DNA of 64,000 nucleotides from Halorarum halobium (GTDB lineage Archaea > Halobacteriota > Halobacteria > Halobacteriales > Haloferacaceae): positions 2,294,001-2,358,000 of the forward strand of contig NZ_CP134949.1 of NCBI RefSeq assembly GCF_032116555.1, read 5' to 3'. Position numbers and translations under genes: made by a program. Position 1 is the first letter of the stretch. Each line of letters begins with the position of its first letter. Under the pieces are notes generated by a model. It saw nothing but the letters and a program-made list of their open reading frames with translations, did no database searches and had not been told where the DNA came from. Below are positions 1-8,736 of this stretch, in pieces.

Positions 1-340
1 AGAGCTTGTCGAAGCTGTCGTCCGCGAACGGGAGCCGCTCGGCGTCCCCGCGGTAGAACCGGACCTTGCCGCGCTTGCCGAACTTGGCGAACGCCCGCTC
101 CATCTGGTCCATCGACTGGTCGAGCGCGTGGACCTCGTCGACGTGGTTGAGCAGCCCCTCCGTGGCGAAACCGGTGCCCGAGCCGACGTCGAGCACCCGG
201 TCGTCGCGGTCCGCGTCGAACCAGTCGAGCGCCCGGTTGCGCATCCGGTCGTCCCAGATGTACGGGTTGACCGTGTCGTAGACCCTGGAGAGGTACTTGT
301 AGAACAGGCGGGCGCGCGCCTTGTTCTCGAGGATTCCCAT
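1..340 (-). CDS. Class I SAM-dependent methyltransferase (UbiE/MenG-like), 3' part outside window
   Basis: Manual translation from ATG at 340: MGILENKARARLFYKYLSRVYD...VLDVGSGTG...GDAERLPF; SAM-binding motif I and post-II motif. Confidence 0.85.
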   Translation of the reverse strand, partial: MGILENKARARLFYKYLSRVYDTVNPYIWDDRMRNRALDWFDADRDDRVLDVGSGTGFATEGLLNHVDEVHALDQSMDQMERAFAKFGKRGKVRFYRGDAERLPFADDSFDKL

Positions 341-475
341 TACCCGTTCGTTCCGACCGGCCGGTCATAATCCCAACGGGTTCCGAGCGACCGTCGGGCG
401 TACCACGCCGTCCTGCGACTAGATCCGCCGGCGTCGAACTCGGGGGTACAAGTCGCCCGCGTCCCCAGCACCGGC

Positions 476-1195
476 ATGAAGCTATCGGAGGCGACCTGGA
501 CCGACGTTCGGGACGCCGCGCCCGACGCCGCGCTGCTCCCGGTCGGGAGCACGGAACAGCACGGTCCGCACGCGCCGCTCGGGACCGACTCGCTGACCGC
601 CGAGGCCGTCGCCGCGGCCGCGACGGAGCAGCCCGGAGACGACGTCGTCGTCGCACCGCCGGTCCACGTCGGCGTCGCCGAGGAGCACCGCGCGTTCGAC
701 GGCACGCTCTGGGTGTCGCCCGACACCTTTCGTGCCTACGTCCGCGAGACGGTCGAGAGCCTCGCCCACCACGGCATCGACCGCGTCGTGCTGGTGAACG
801 GCCACGGCGGCAACGTCGAGGCGCTCGCGGAGGTCGCACGCCGGGCGTCCCGGGACGGGACGACCGACGCCTACGCCGTCGCGTTCACCTGGTTCGAGGC
901 CGTCGGCGAGCACGCCTCGGAGATGGGTCACGGCGGGAAACTGGAGACCGCAATGCTCCAGCACGTCGCGCCGGAGCTGGTCCGTGAGGACCGCGTCGAT
1001 GCGGCCCGAAACGGAGGGAGCGACCGCTGGGGCGAGTGGGTTCGCGGGGTCAACCTCGCACACGACAGCGACGAGTTCAGCGACAACGGGGTCGTCGGCG
1101 ATCCGGGTGCGGGTGACGCGGAACTGGGCGAGGAGCTGCTGGACCGCGCGAGCGACGCGCTCGTGGAGGTGCTCGCCGCGGTACGGGAACGGTAG
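476..1195 (+). CDS. Creatininase/creatinine amidohydrolase family protein
   Basis: PVGSTEQHGPHAPLGTD and NGHGGN motifs; acidic 239 aa. Confidence 0.9.
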   Translation: MKLSEATWTDVRDAAPDAALLPVGSTEQHGPHAPLGTDSLTAEAVAAAATEQPGDDVVVAPPVHVGVAEEHRAFDGTLWVSPDTFRAYVRETVESLAHHGIDRVVLVNGHGGNVEALAEVARRASRDGTTDAYAVAFTWFEAVGEHASEMGHGGKLETAMLQHVAPELVREDRVDAARNGGSDRWGEWVRGVNLAHDSDEFSDNGVVGDPGAGDAELGEELLDRASDALVEVLAAVRER

Positions 1196-1220
1196 GCGAG
1201 CGCGTCGGTCAGTTCCCGCC

Positions 1221-1664
1221 CTACGCTTCCGCTTCCCCGCCGTCCGCGTCGTCGCTCCCGGCCTCGGCACCCTCGGCGTGGGCATCCTCAAGCTGGCTGC
1301 GTAGCCCGGGGACGGTGCTCGTGAGCTCGCCGACCTGCTCGTGGGCGTCCTCGATGCTGCCGACGAGGTCGGCGACCTCCTCGATGTCGGTCGCCAGCTC
1401 GTCGTCGTCCTCGAACGCGCCGGCGCGCTCGCCCATCACGTAGCTCTTCTTCGCCTGGCGTAGTTCCTCGGCCGCGTCGCCGGTGTCGAGCGCCGAGCGG
1501 AGGCCGTTGAGCGCGCCGAGCACGTTGTCCGCGTCGGTGTCCCAGACGGCGTCGGCGGTCGGGAGCGTCGCCCGCGCGTTCCGGAGGTGCTTCTCGACGT
1601 CGGCACGGGCCTCGTCGGCCGCCTCGCCGAACAGCTCGTCGTCGTCGAACGTGGTCTGTCCCAT
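1221..1664 (-). CDS. Conserved haloarchaeal hypothetical protein (helical, acidic)
   Basis: Acidic 147 aa ORF with host codon usage, MGQTTFDDDELFGEAA start. Confidence 0.75.
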   Translation of the reverse strand: MGQTTFDDDELFGEAADEARADVEKHLRNARATLPTADAVWDTDADNVLGALNGLRSALDTGDAAEELRQAKKSYVMGERAGAFEDDDELATDIEEVADLVGSIEDAHEQVGELTSTVPGLRSQLEDAHAEGAEAGSDDADGGEAEA

Positions 1665-1727
1665 ACGACCGATTCGGGCCGTCCGTAGTTAAACGGACGC
1701 CCGAAAGTGAAAGTGAAGCTCCCGGTT

Positions 1728-2090
1728 TCACGCCGTCTCGCCGCCGTCGTCGCCCTCGACGGCGATCAGTTTCATCAAGGGGTAGCCGTCCTCCATCTCC
1801 ATCCGCGTTCTCGCGGCCGCTCCCTCGTACTCGATCCGCATCTCCACCTCCATCAGCCGGCCCGTCAACTCCGTGTAGCCGTTCTCGTGGTCGATGGCGT
1901 CGGCCACCGCGTCGTCGTCGATCCACACGTCGACGGACTCGCAGTAGGGCTGGTTCTCGATCGCTTCGGCCATCGCGCGTTCCAGCGAACGCGCGCTGTC
2001 ACGGGAGACGGGCGTCCCCGCGAACTGGTGATACAGCGAGCCGAACTTGATCCCCGCCTCGAAGCACGCCTGCTGGGCGTCCGTGACCAT
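1728..2090 (-). CDS. mptD: Archaeal dihydroneopterin aldolase
   Basis: ACFEAGIKFGSLYHQFAGTPVS...NQPY...YPLM signature; start placed at ATG 2090. Confidence 0.85.
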   Translation of the reverse strand: MVTDAQQACFEAGIKFGSLYHQFAGTPVSRDSARSLERAMAEAIENQPYCESVDVWIDDDAVADAIDHENGYTELTGRLMEVEMRIEYEGAAARTRMEMEDGYPLMKLIAVEGDDGGETA

Positions 2091-2288
2091 ACGTCGCCGT
2101 CGGGGTCGGCCGGCAAATGCGTACCGGGCCGGCCGTCGCGGATGGCGAGCCCGGTTCGGCCGAAGGTTCAAACCGGAAAACGGCTCCAGACGCCCCGTGA
2201 CCTGAGCCCAGCCGGGCGCACCGCACGCGATTGCGCGGCCGAGGTGCGTCCGTGAGCCGAACCGCCGCCAGTCAGCCACGACACCGTG

Positions 2289-2990
2289 TCACCCGACCAG
2301 CGACGCTACAGTTCCGCTCGCGTCGATCAGGAAGGCGATGCCGAAGCCGGCCAGCACGACAGCCGAGAGCCCCGCGACCACCGGCGCGAGCGCCTCGACC
2401 CGCCGCCGTGCCGCCACGAGCGCCGCCGGAAAGCCGGAGATCCAGAGCCCGATTCCCGCGAAGAAGCCGACGAGGAGCGCGGGGCTACCGGTCTCGACGA
2501 CCACTGAACCGGCCAGCGCCGGGACGCCGGCCTCCGCGAACACGTCGACGGTGCCGGGTTCGAGCAGTCCCACGCCGACCGTGAGCCAGAACAGCACCTG
2601 ATACGGGTTCGTCAGCGCGAGGACGAACGCCTTGCGGAACCCCGCCGACCCCGCGGCGATCGGTTCCCCCTCACTCGCTTCCGACGCGAGAAACGAGGTC
2701 CGGACCGAACGGGCCGCGTCGACGGCGTAGTAGAGCATCAGGACGCCGCCGACGGCGATCATGAGACCGCGGAGCATCGGGAACCGCTCGACGACGCCGA
2801 CCACGCCGACCAGCGCGAGGACGAGGAACACCGCGTCGGCGGTCGCCGCGCCGAGTCCAGCCCTCGCGCCGGCGCTCCAGCCGCGGACGACGCTCTCCTC
2901 GGCGATGACGGCGTTCATCGGGCCCGGCGGGGCCGCGAGCGCCAGGCCGAAGAGCACGCCCGCAGCAGGCGTGAGGAGCGTCGAGAGCAC
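2289..2990 (-). CDS. LysE family translocator
   Basis: APPGPMN and LTNPYQVLFW motifs, multiple TM helices. Confidence 0.9.
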   Translation of the reverse strand: MLSTLLTPAAGVLFGLALAAPPGPMNAVIAEESVVRGWSAGARAGLGAATADAVFLVLALVGVVGVVERFPMLRGLMIAVGGVLMLYYAVDAARSVRTSFLASEASEGEPIAAGSAGFRKAFVLALTNPYQVLFWLTVGVGLLEPGTVDVFAEAGVPALAGSVVVETGSPALLVGFFAGIGLWISGFPAALVAARRRVEALAPVVAGLSAVVLAGFGIAFLIDASGTVASLVG

Positions 2991-3051
2991 GGTCCGTCGA
3001 ACGGGAACGGCCGACTTAAACGGTGTGACAGCCGGTCGGGGACGCGGCGGC

Positions 3052-3783
3052 TCAGCCGTCGCTCGCTTCGAGGGAAGCGTCCCCGTCGGGTCCAGCGTCC
3101 CGGTCGCTCCCGCCGTTCTCGCCGTCCCCGCCCGACCGGACGCGAACCGACGCCGCGATCGTGTCAGGGAGGCTCTGTTCCTCGCCGGCGACCCGGACCG
3201 TCACCATGCCGAACGGCGCGACGTCGACGAGCGTTATCGTCGTGCCGGGGACGATGCCCGACTCCTCGAGGTATTCGAGTTCCTCGTCGTTCCGGTCGCT
3301 GACGCGCGCGATGACCACCTCGTCGCCCACCTCGAAGTCCGTGAGCGGCCGGGTGTCCGACTCCGCGAGCGGTTCGAGGTCCGCCCCGGGGATCGGGTCG
3401 CCGTGCGGATCCACCGTCGGGTTGCCGAGCGCCTCCGCGACGCGCCGCTCGAACTCCTCGCTGATGTGGTGTTCGAGCGCGTCGGCCTCCTCGTGGACCT
3501 CGCTCCAGGAGTAGTCCAGCTGCTCCGCGAGGTACGCCTCCAGCAGCCGGTGGTGGCGGATCACTTCCAGGGCGACGGTCCGGCCCTCGGGCGAGAGTTC
3601 CACCCCCTTGTACTTCTCGCGTTCGACGAGTCCGCGCTCCTCCAGGGAGTCCAGCATGCTCGTCACAGTCGGGGCGGTCTTGCCGAGCCGCTCGGCGATG
3701 GCGGAGGTGGAGACCGGCGGCCCCTCCTCCGTCTGGAGGACGTAGATGGCCTTGAGGTAGTCCTCCATCACGTCGCTCAACAT
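3052..3783 (-). CDS. DtxR/MntR-family metal-dependent transcriptional regulator with FeoA domain
   Basis: MEDYLKAIY, RHHRLLE, EADALEHHIS, DPHGDPIP motifs. Confidence 0.95.
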   Translation of the reverse strand: MLSDVMEDYLKAIYVLQTEEGPPVSTSAIAERLGKTAPTVTSMLDSLEERGLVEREKYKGVELSPEGRTVALEVIRHHRLLEAYLAEQLDYSWSEVHEEADALEHHISEEFERRVAEALGNPTVDPHGDPIPGADLEPLAESDTRPLTDFEVGDEVVIARVSDRNDEELEYLEESGIVPGTTITLVDVAPFGMVTVRVAGEEQSLPDTIAASVRVRSGGDGENGGSDRDAGPDGDASLEASDG

Positions 3784-3787
3784 ACCC

Positions 3788-3807
3788 GGATTAGTGGAGT
3801 CTAATCC
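3788..3807. promoter_or_regulatory. 7-6-7 inverted repeat, putative autoregulatory operator of the DtxR-family regulator
   Basis: GGATTAG-tggagt-CTAATCC, 4 bp upstream of the start codon; TTAG-N6-CTAA core. Confidence 0.65.
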
Positions 3808-3852
3808 TTATGCTTGCCGGAGCAAAGCGGGCGGTCGCCCGCCACGAGCCGC

Positions 3853-5034
3853 TCAGACGCCCTGGCCCATGAGGTGGCTCCGGAGAACGTCCGGCGTCTT
3901 GCCGGCGGCGTCGGGGTTCACGACGACGACCTCGTCGTCTCCTCCGAGTTCGTCCTCGTCGGCGAGCGCCCACGCGCCCGCGAGCGCGACCCCGCCCGCC
4001 CCGCCGACTTCGAGCACCTCGGACCTGCACGCCGACACCGCGCTCTCCAGCGCTTCGTCGTCCGGGACGGCGAGCGCGTCGCCGTCGACCGCCGCGAGCG
4101 CGTCGAGCGCTCGGTCGCCCCCGGCGGGCTCCTCGATCTCCAGTTCGCCGACGATGGTGTCGGGATGATCCCACGGTTCCACCGCGTCGGCGTCGGCCGT
4201 CCACGCCGCTGCGATCGGCGCACAGCCCTCGGGCTGTACCGCGTATATCGCCGGCAGCACGTCGCTCGCACCGATCTCGCGGAGTTCCCGGAAGCCCTTC
4301 GCCAGACCCACGAGCAGTTCGCCGGTGCCGACCGGGGCGACGACCGCGTCAGGCACGCCCAGGTCCGCGAACAGTTCGAACGCCACCGTCTTCGCGCCCT
4401 CGTGCCGGTACGGCGTCGTGAACTCCTGGAGCGAGTGGTAGTCGGTTTCGAGCTGCTCGTCGACAGCCGCCGCCGCGTCGCCGTATCGGCCGCCGACCAC
4501 CCGCATGTCGCCGCCGTGGACGTTGACCATCGCCTTGTTCGAGAAGGCGGCCCGCGAGGGGACGAACGCGTACGAGCGGAGGTCGGCCGTGCCGGCGTAC
4601 GCTGCGGCCGACTGGCCGGCGTTACCGGCGGCCGCGAGCGCGAGCGGTTCCAGCCCGCGGTCGCTCGCGGCGGTCACGGCCAGGCTCATCCCGCGGTCGA
4701 TGAACGTGCCCGTCGGGTTCCGACCCTCGTCTTTCACGTGGGCGGCCCCGACGTCGAGTTCGTCCGTGAGCCGGTCGGTCCGAACGAGCGGGGTGTCGCC
4801 CTCGTTCGCCGAACGCCCCGTGTCGGCCGGGAACGGGAGGAGCGCGTCGAACCGCCAGTGGCCGGGCCGGTCGGCCGTCCGATCGGCAACGAGTTCCGTC
4901 GGGTCGACGCCGTCGTAGTCGTACGTCGGGTCCAGCGACCCCCCGCACGACGGACAGCGGCCATGTTCGCCGGCGTCGAACGACGCGCCACAGCCCGTGC
5001 ACGCGAGCCCGCGGAACGCATCCGTCGTCTCCAT
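3853..5034 (-). CDS. Threonine synthase-like protein (PLP fold type II) with N-terminal Zn ribbon; catalytic Lys replaced by Ile
   Basis: CxxC...CPxC, EGDTPL, NPTGTFIDRG (canonical NPTGSFKDRG), GAKT, PVGTG; start at ATG 5034. Confidence 0.85.
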   Translation of the reverse strand: METTDAFRGLACTGCGASFDAGEHGRCPSCGGSLDPTYDYDGVDPTELVADRTADRPGHWRFDALLPFPADTGRSANEGDTPLVRTDRLTDELDVGAAHVKDEGRNPTGTFIDRGMSLAVTAASDRGLEPLALAAAGNAGQSAAAYAGTADLRSYAFVPSRAAFSNKAMVNVHGGDMRVVGGRYGDAAAAVDEQLETDYHSLQEFTTPYRHEGAKTVAFELFADLGVPDAVVAPVGTGELLVGLAKGFRELREIGASDVLPAIYAVQPEGCAPIAAAWTADADAVEPWDHPDTIVGELEIEEPAGGDRALDALAAVDGDALAVPDDEALESAVSACRSEVLEVGGAGGVALAGAWALADEDELGGDDEVVVVNPDAAGKTPDVLRSHLMGQGV

Positions 5035-5084
5035 GCCCGCGGCTTCGGCCCGGCGGGCATAGTGGCTTCCGTTCGACCGTCGGC

Positions 5085-6224
5085 TCACTCCTCGCGGTCG
5101 AACGCCCCGTGACCGTGTCGCTGGATGGCGTCCAGGAGTTCGTCCCGCTGACGGCGAAGCTCGGGCGTCGGTCGCTCGGACACGTGCTCGAACATCGACG
5201 CCGGATCGGGATCGACCGCCTCCGCGGCCTCGATCACCGCGGCCACTTGCTCGTCCGCATCCGATTCGATCGCGTCGATCCGCTCGTCGTCGAGCAGCCC
5301 GCGGCCCCGGAGGAACGACTCGAACCGGGGGAGCGGGTCCCAGCGCTGCCAGCGCTCCAGTTCCGCCTCGTCGCGGTACACCGTCGGATCGTCGGCGGTC
5401 GTGTGCGCGCCGAAGCGGTACGCCACCGTCTCGACGAGCGTCGGTCGGTGGTCGCCGTCGGGGGAGCCGCGTGCCTTTCCGGCCGCCCGCCGGATCACCT
5501 CGTACACCGCCAGCGGGTCCATCCCGTCGACGCGGACGCCCTCGAACCCGTACGCCTCGGCCTTTCCAGCGTACGACGCCGCGGCGGTCTGCTGGTCGGA
5601 CGGCGTCGAGATCGCCCACCCGTTGTTGGTGCAGACGAAGACGGTCGGCGTGTCGAACACGCCGGCGAAGTTGAGCGCCTCGTGGAAGTCGCCCTCGGAG
5701 GTCGAGCCGTCGCCGAAGAACGCCGTGACCACCCGGCCCTCGTCCCGGTAGTCGAGCGCCATCCCCGCGCCGACGGCGTGGGGGAGGTGCGAGCCGATGC
5801 CGATGGTCAGCGGGAAGACGTCGATGTCGGCCAGCGCGGCGGTCCCGGACTCGTGGCCCATCCAGAACGCGAGGTAGCCGGGCGGGAACCCGCGCGCGAC
5901 GACCGTGCCGTGCTCCCGGTACTGATAGAACACCGGGTCGTCCGCACGCAGCGCGTGGGTGGCGGCGACGGAGATCGCCTCCTGGCCCGCGATCGCGGCG
6001 TAGGTTCCGACGCGCCCCTGCCGCTGGAGGCTCACCGCGCGCTCGTCGAACCGGCGGGTCGTCCACATGTCGCGGTAGAGGTCGACGAGCACGTCGTCGG
6101 CGACCTCGGGGACTGGACGGACCGGGTCGCCGTCGGCGTCGAGCACCCGGTAGACGTCGCCCATCGGGTCGTCCACCTCGGCGTCCGCTTCGCCCGGCGC
6201 GTCCGCCCCGTCTCGACGTGTCAT
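5085..6224 (-). CDS. 2-oxoacid dehydrogenase E1 alpha subunit (PdhA-like)
   Basis: GQEA, TPP-binding [11 protein letters not shown]...[19 protein letters not shown]. Confidence 0.92.
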   Translation of the reverse strand: MTRRDGADAPGEADAEVDDPMGDVYRVLDADGDPVRPVPEVADDVLVDLYRDMWTTRRFDERAVSLQRQGRVGTYAAIAGQEAISVAATHALRADDPVFYQYREHGTVVARGFPPGYLAFWMGHESGTAALADIDVFPLTIGIGSHLPHAVGAGMALDYRDEGRVVTAFFGDGSTSEGDFHEALNFAGVFDTPTVFVCTNNGWAISTPSDQQTAAASYAGKAEAYGFEGVRVDGMDPLAVYEVIRRAAGKARGSPDGDHRPTLVETVAYRFGAHTTADDPTVYRDEAELERWQRWDPLPRFESFLRGRGLLDDERIDAIESDADEQVAAVIEAAEAVDPDPASMFEHVSERPTPELRRQRDELLDAIQRHGHGAFDREE

Positions 6225-6312
6225 GTGGGCACGTGTCACTCGGGGTGCCTATCGGTTCCGGTCGAACAGACGAGGGGAACTCACTCGAAGGAACCTCGAT
6301 CGGCCGTCCCGC

Positions 6313-7020
6313 TCAGAGCATCCGGCGGAACTCCCCGAGCGGGGGGAACTCCAGCGTCTCGCGCGCGTCGGGGTCGCGGACGGCCGGCCGGAGCGCGTTC
6401 GCGTCGGTCACGAGCGGCGAGTCGAAATCGCGCGTCCCCATCCCGTTCACCGCCACGCCGGCCGCGAGTCGCGTGAACGCGGGGAGCATCAGCACGTCCG
6501 CGTCCCGGAACTGGCCGTCACCGTAGAGGAAGCACGGGCGGCGGGCTCCCTCGACGTCGATGGTCGGGTGGTCGTGGCCGACGACGTAGCAGTCGGCGTC
6601 CTCGTCCCGAGGCGGGGTCTCGTGGCCGTGGCGGACGACGACCCGCTCCCCGTCGGCGTCCAGCGCGTAGGCGTCGTAGACCGTCCCGTCCCAGACCTCG
6701 TGGAGCACCGTGTCGTGGTTGCCGGCGACGACGACCGGCGACGCGCCAGCATCGCGGCAGGCGTCGACGAGGCCGCCGAGCGACCGGTCCGTGGCGAGGG
6801 AGGCGCGGCCGAACTCGTGGAGGACGTCGCCCGCGAACACGACCTCGGCGGGGGCACAGTCGGCGAGAAGCGTCTCGAGTCGTCCCCTCAGGTCGGTGCC
6901 CTCGCCGAGCGGGTACTCGACGTCCGACGCCTCGGCGCGGCCGACGTGAAGGTCCGCACAGATGAGCGCGTCGGCCCCCGGGAGGAACACGGCGCGGTCG
7001 CGAAAGCGAAACGAAGCCAC
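6313..7020 (-). CDS. Calcineurin-like metallophosphoesterase
   Basis: ADLHVG, GDVLH, GNHD, HGH, GHDHP motifs. Confidence 0.9.
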   Translation of the reverse strand: MASFRFRDRAVFLPGADALICADLHVGRAEASDVEYPLGEGTDLRGRLETLLADCAPAEVVFAGDVLHEFGRASLATDRSLGGLVDACRDAGASPVVVAGNHDTVLHEVWDGTVYDAYALDADGERVVVRHGHETPPRDEDADCYVVGHDHPTIDVEGARRPCFLYGDGQFRDADVLMLPAFTRLAAGVAVNGMGTRDFDSPLVTDANALRPAVRDPDARETLEFPPLGEFRRML

Positions 7021-7165
7021 GAGTCGTGGGTCGCGCCCGAGCGGCTAAGGGGTGTCGCCCGGCAGGGTGTGGCGGCCAACCGGCGGAGCGCCCGCTTCAG
7101 GAACGACCGGCCGACCACGAGGCGGAAGCGACACGCGCTTGTGTCCCGGGTGACTCCCCGGTACC

Positions 7166-7828
7166 ATGGAGGCGACCACCGACGGACGGTTCCGGGTGCT
7201 CTCCCACGCGGACGACGAGTACGTGCTCGTCGATCTCACGCCGGTCGAGGACCCGGCCGACGCGTACGAACCGGTCCGGGTCGCCGCCGAGGGGTACGGC
7301 GACGATCTCGCCGAATCGGTGGCGGAACTCGAACCTGGGGTGGTCGTCGACGCGGAGCTGATCTGGACCGACGGCGAGGCGCGGTTCCGCTCGGTCTCGG
7401 TCCGCCGCCGGGGCCGGGTCGCGTTCGCCGACGACGTCGAGAACCTCTTCGAGGCGGCCCGCGAGACGTGGCGGGACGCGCGGGCCGCCGGCGACGCGAT
7501 GGCCTCGCGGGTCACCCGCGACACCGACGGCGAGCCGAACGGCGCGCTGTACGTCTTCGCCGACGCCGGCGCCCGCGACCTGCTCGCCGAGTTCCGGAGC
7601 GGGACGACGCCGCTCGAACCGCTGATCGAGCGGGTGAACGCGGAGGAGATGGACGGTGAGGCCACGGACGCGGACCCGACGACCGATGACGGGAGTTCGG
7701 ACCCGAGCGAGCCGCCCGAGCGCGAGGCGTTCGTCCTCCGCCCCCGGGACGGCGAGTTCGTCGTCGTCTACGTCGCCTTCGAACCGGGCGGGCTGCTGGC
7801 GCGGACCGTGCGGGACACGTACTTTTGA
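7166..7828 (+). CDS. Conserved haloarchaeal hypothetical protein
   Basis: Acidic 220 aa ORF with host codon usage in an otherwise empty interval. Confidence 0.75.
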   Translation: MEATTDGRFRVLSHADDEYVLVDLTPVEDPADAYEPVRVAAEGYGDDLAESVAELEPGVVVDAELIWTDGEARFRSVSVRRRGRVAFADDVENLFEAARETWRDARAAGDAMASRVTRDTDGEPNGALYVFADAGARDLLAEFRSGTTPLEPLIERVNAEEMDGEATDADPTTDDGSSDPSEPPEREAFVLRPRDGEFVVVYVAFEPGGLLARTVRDTYF

Positions 7829-7989
7829 ACCCCCGGGCGGGCCCCAGCGACGCCGAACGGGCGAACCTCGTGCCGGCCGCTGCGCTCCCGACGTGATCGA
7901 CACGCTGGCGAGCGGGAGCAGTCGAGCGGGCCGTCGAACCGGAATCAGGAGCGCGGGGACAGCCCGGACGTGGTCGTCACTTCGCGCGG

Positions 7990-8736
7990 TCAATCGGCAC
8001 CGGAGCCGACGCCCGGCACGGTGCTCCCGAGTTCGCGGAGCGGGTCGCTCGCCGCGTCCCCGTCCGCGCCGTCGCCGACGATCGCGTCCAGGTTGACGAA
8101 CAGGAACCCCGCAAAGCCCACGCGGATGAGCACGCCCATGTACGCCGACACCGTCGTCGAGACGAACGTCCCGAACACGCCGAACAGCGACAGCAGGGCG
8201 TAAACGATCAACATCCCGGTCATGAACAGCAGGAGGTTCCGTGACTTCCAGTGGAGCAGCCTGCGTCCGTCGGCACAGTCGGCGGCCGTCCGCCAGATTC
8301 GACCGCGGTAGAGGGACAGGAGGACGGCGTGGCCGACGACGACCAGGAGCGCGGCCACGAGCGCGAGGGTGCCGCCGGTGACCGACGCCACGTTGAACGA
8401 GAGCACCTGCAGGAACGGGATCGCCGTGACGAGCGCGATGCTGCGTCGGGACGCTCCCGCGAGGAGCGCGCTGACGACGTAGAGGGCGGGGTAGCCGACC
8501 ATGTCGTTCGAGACGCTCGCCACGTTGATCGACCCGCCGGCGACCGCGATGCTGCCGACGCCGAGCGCCTGGAGGCCGGTCGTGACCGCGCCGAAGCCGA
8601 CCACGAACAGCACGGGGAGACAGTACGGGTGTCGCTGGTCGGGGTTCTGCCACAGCCAGCCGCCAAGCACGGCGAGCGCGACGGCGTAGACGCCGGCCGT
8701 GATGGCGTAGACGGTCGGGTCGCTAATCATCGTCAT
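7990..8736 (-). CDS. Opsin-related 7-TM protein lacking the retinal-binding lysine
   Basis: Seven hydrophobic segments, helix F ...KSRNLLLFMTGMLIVY, helix G YMGVLIRVGF (canonical DxxAKVGF); overlaps the transducer stop. Confidence 0.75.
   Translation of the reverse strand: MTMISDPTVYAITAGVYAVALAVLGGWLWQNPDQRHPYCLPVLFVVGFGAVTTGLQALGVGSIAVAGGSINVASVSNDMVGYPALYVVSALLAGASRRSIALVTAIPFLQVLSFNVASVTGGTLALVAALLVVVGHAVLLSLYRGRIWRTAADCADGRRLLHWKSRNLLLFMTGMLIVYALLSLFGVFGTFVSTTVSAYMGVLIRVGFAGFLFVNLDAIVGDGADGDAASDPLRELGSTVPGVGSGAD

Noticed and set aside
7990..8736. Functional bacteriorhodopsin or sensory rhodopsin
   Set aside because: The Schiff-base Lys and helix C counter-ion motif are absent
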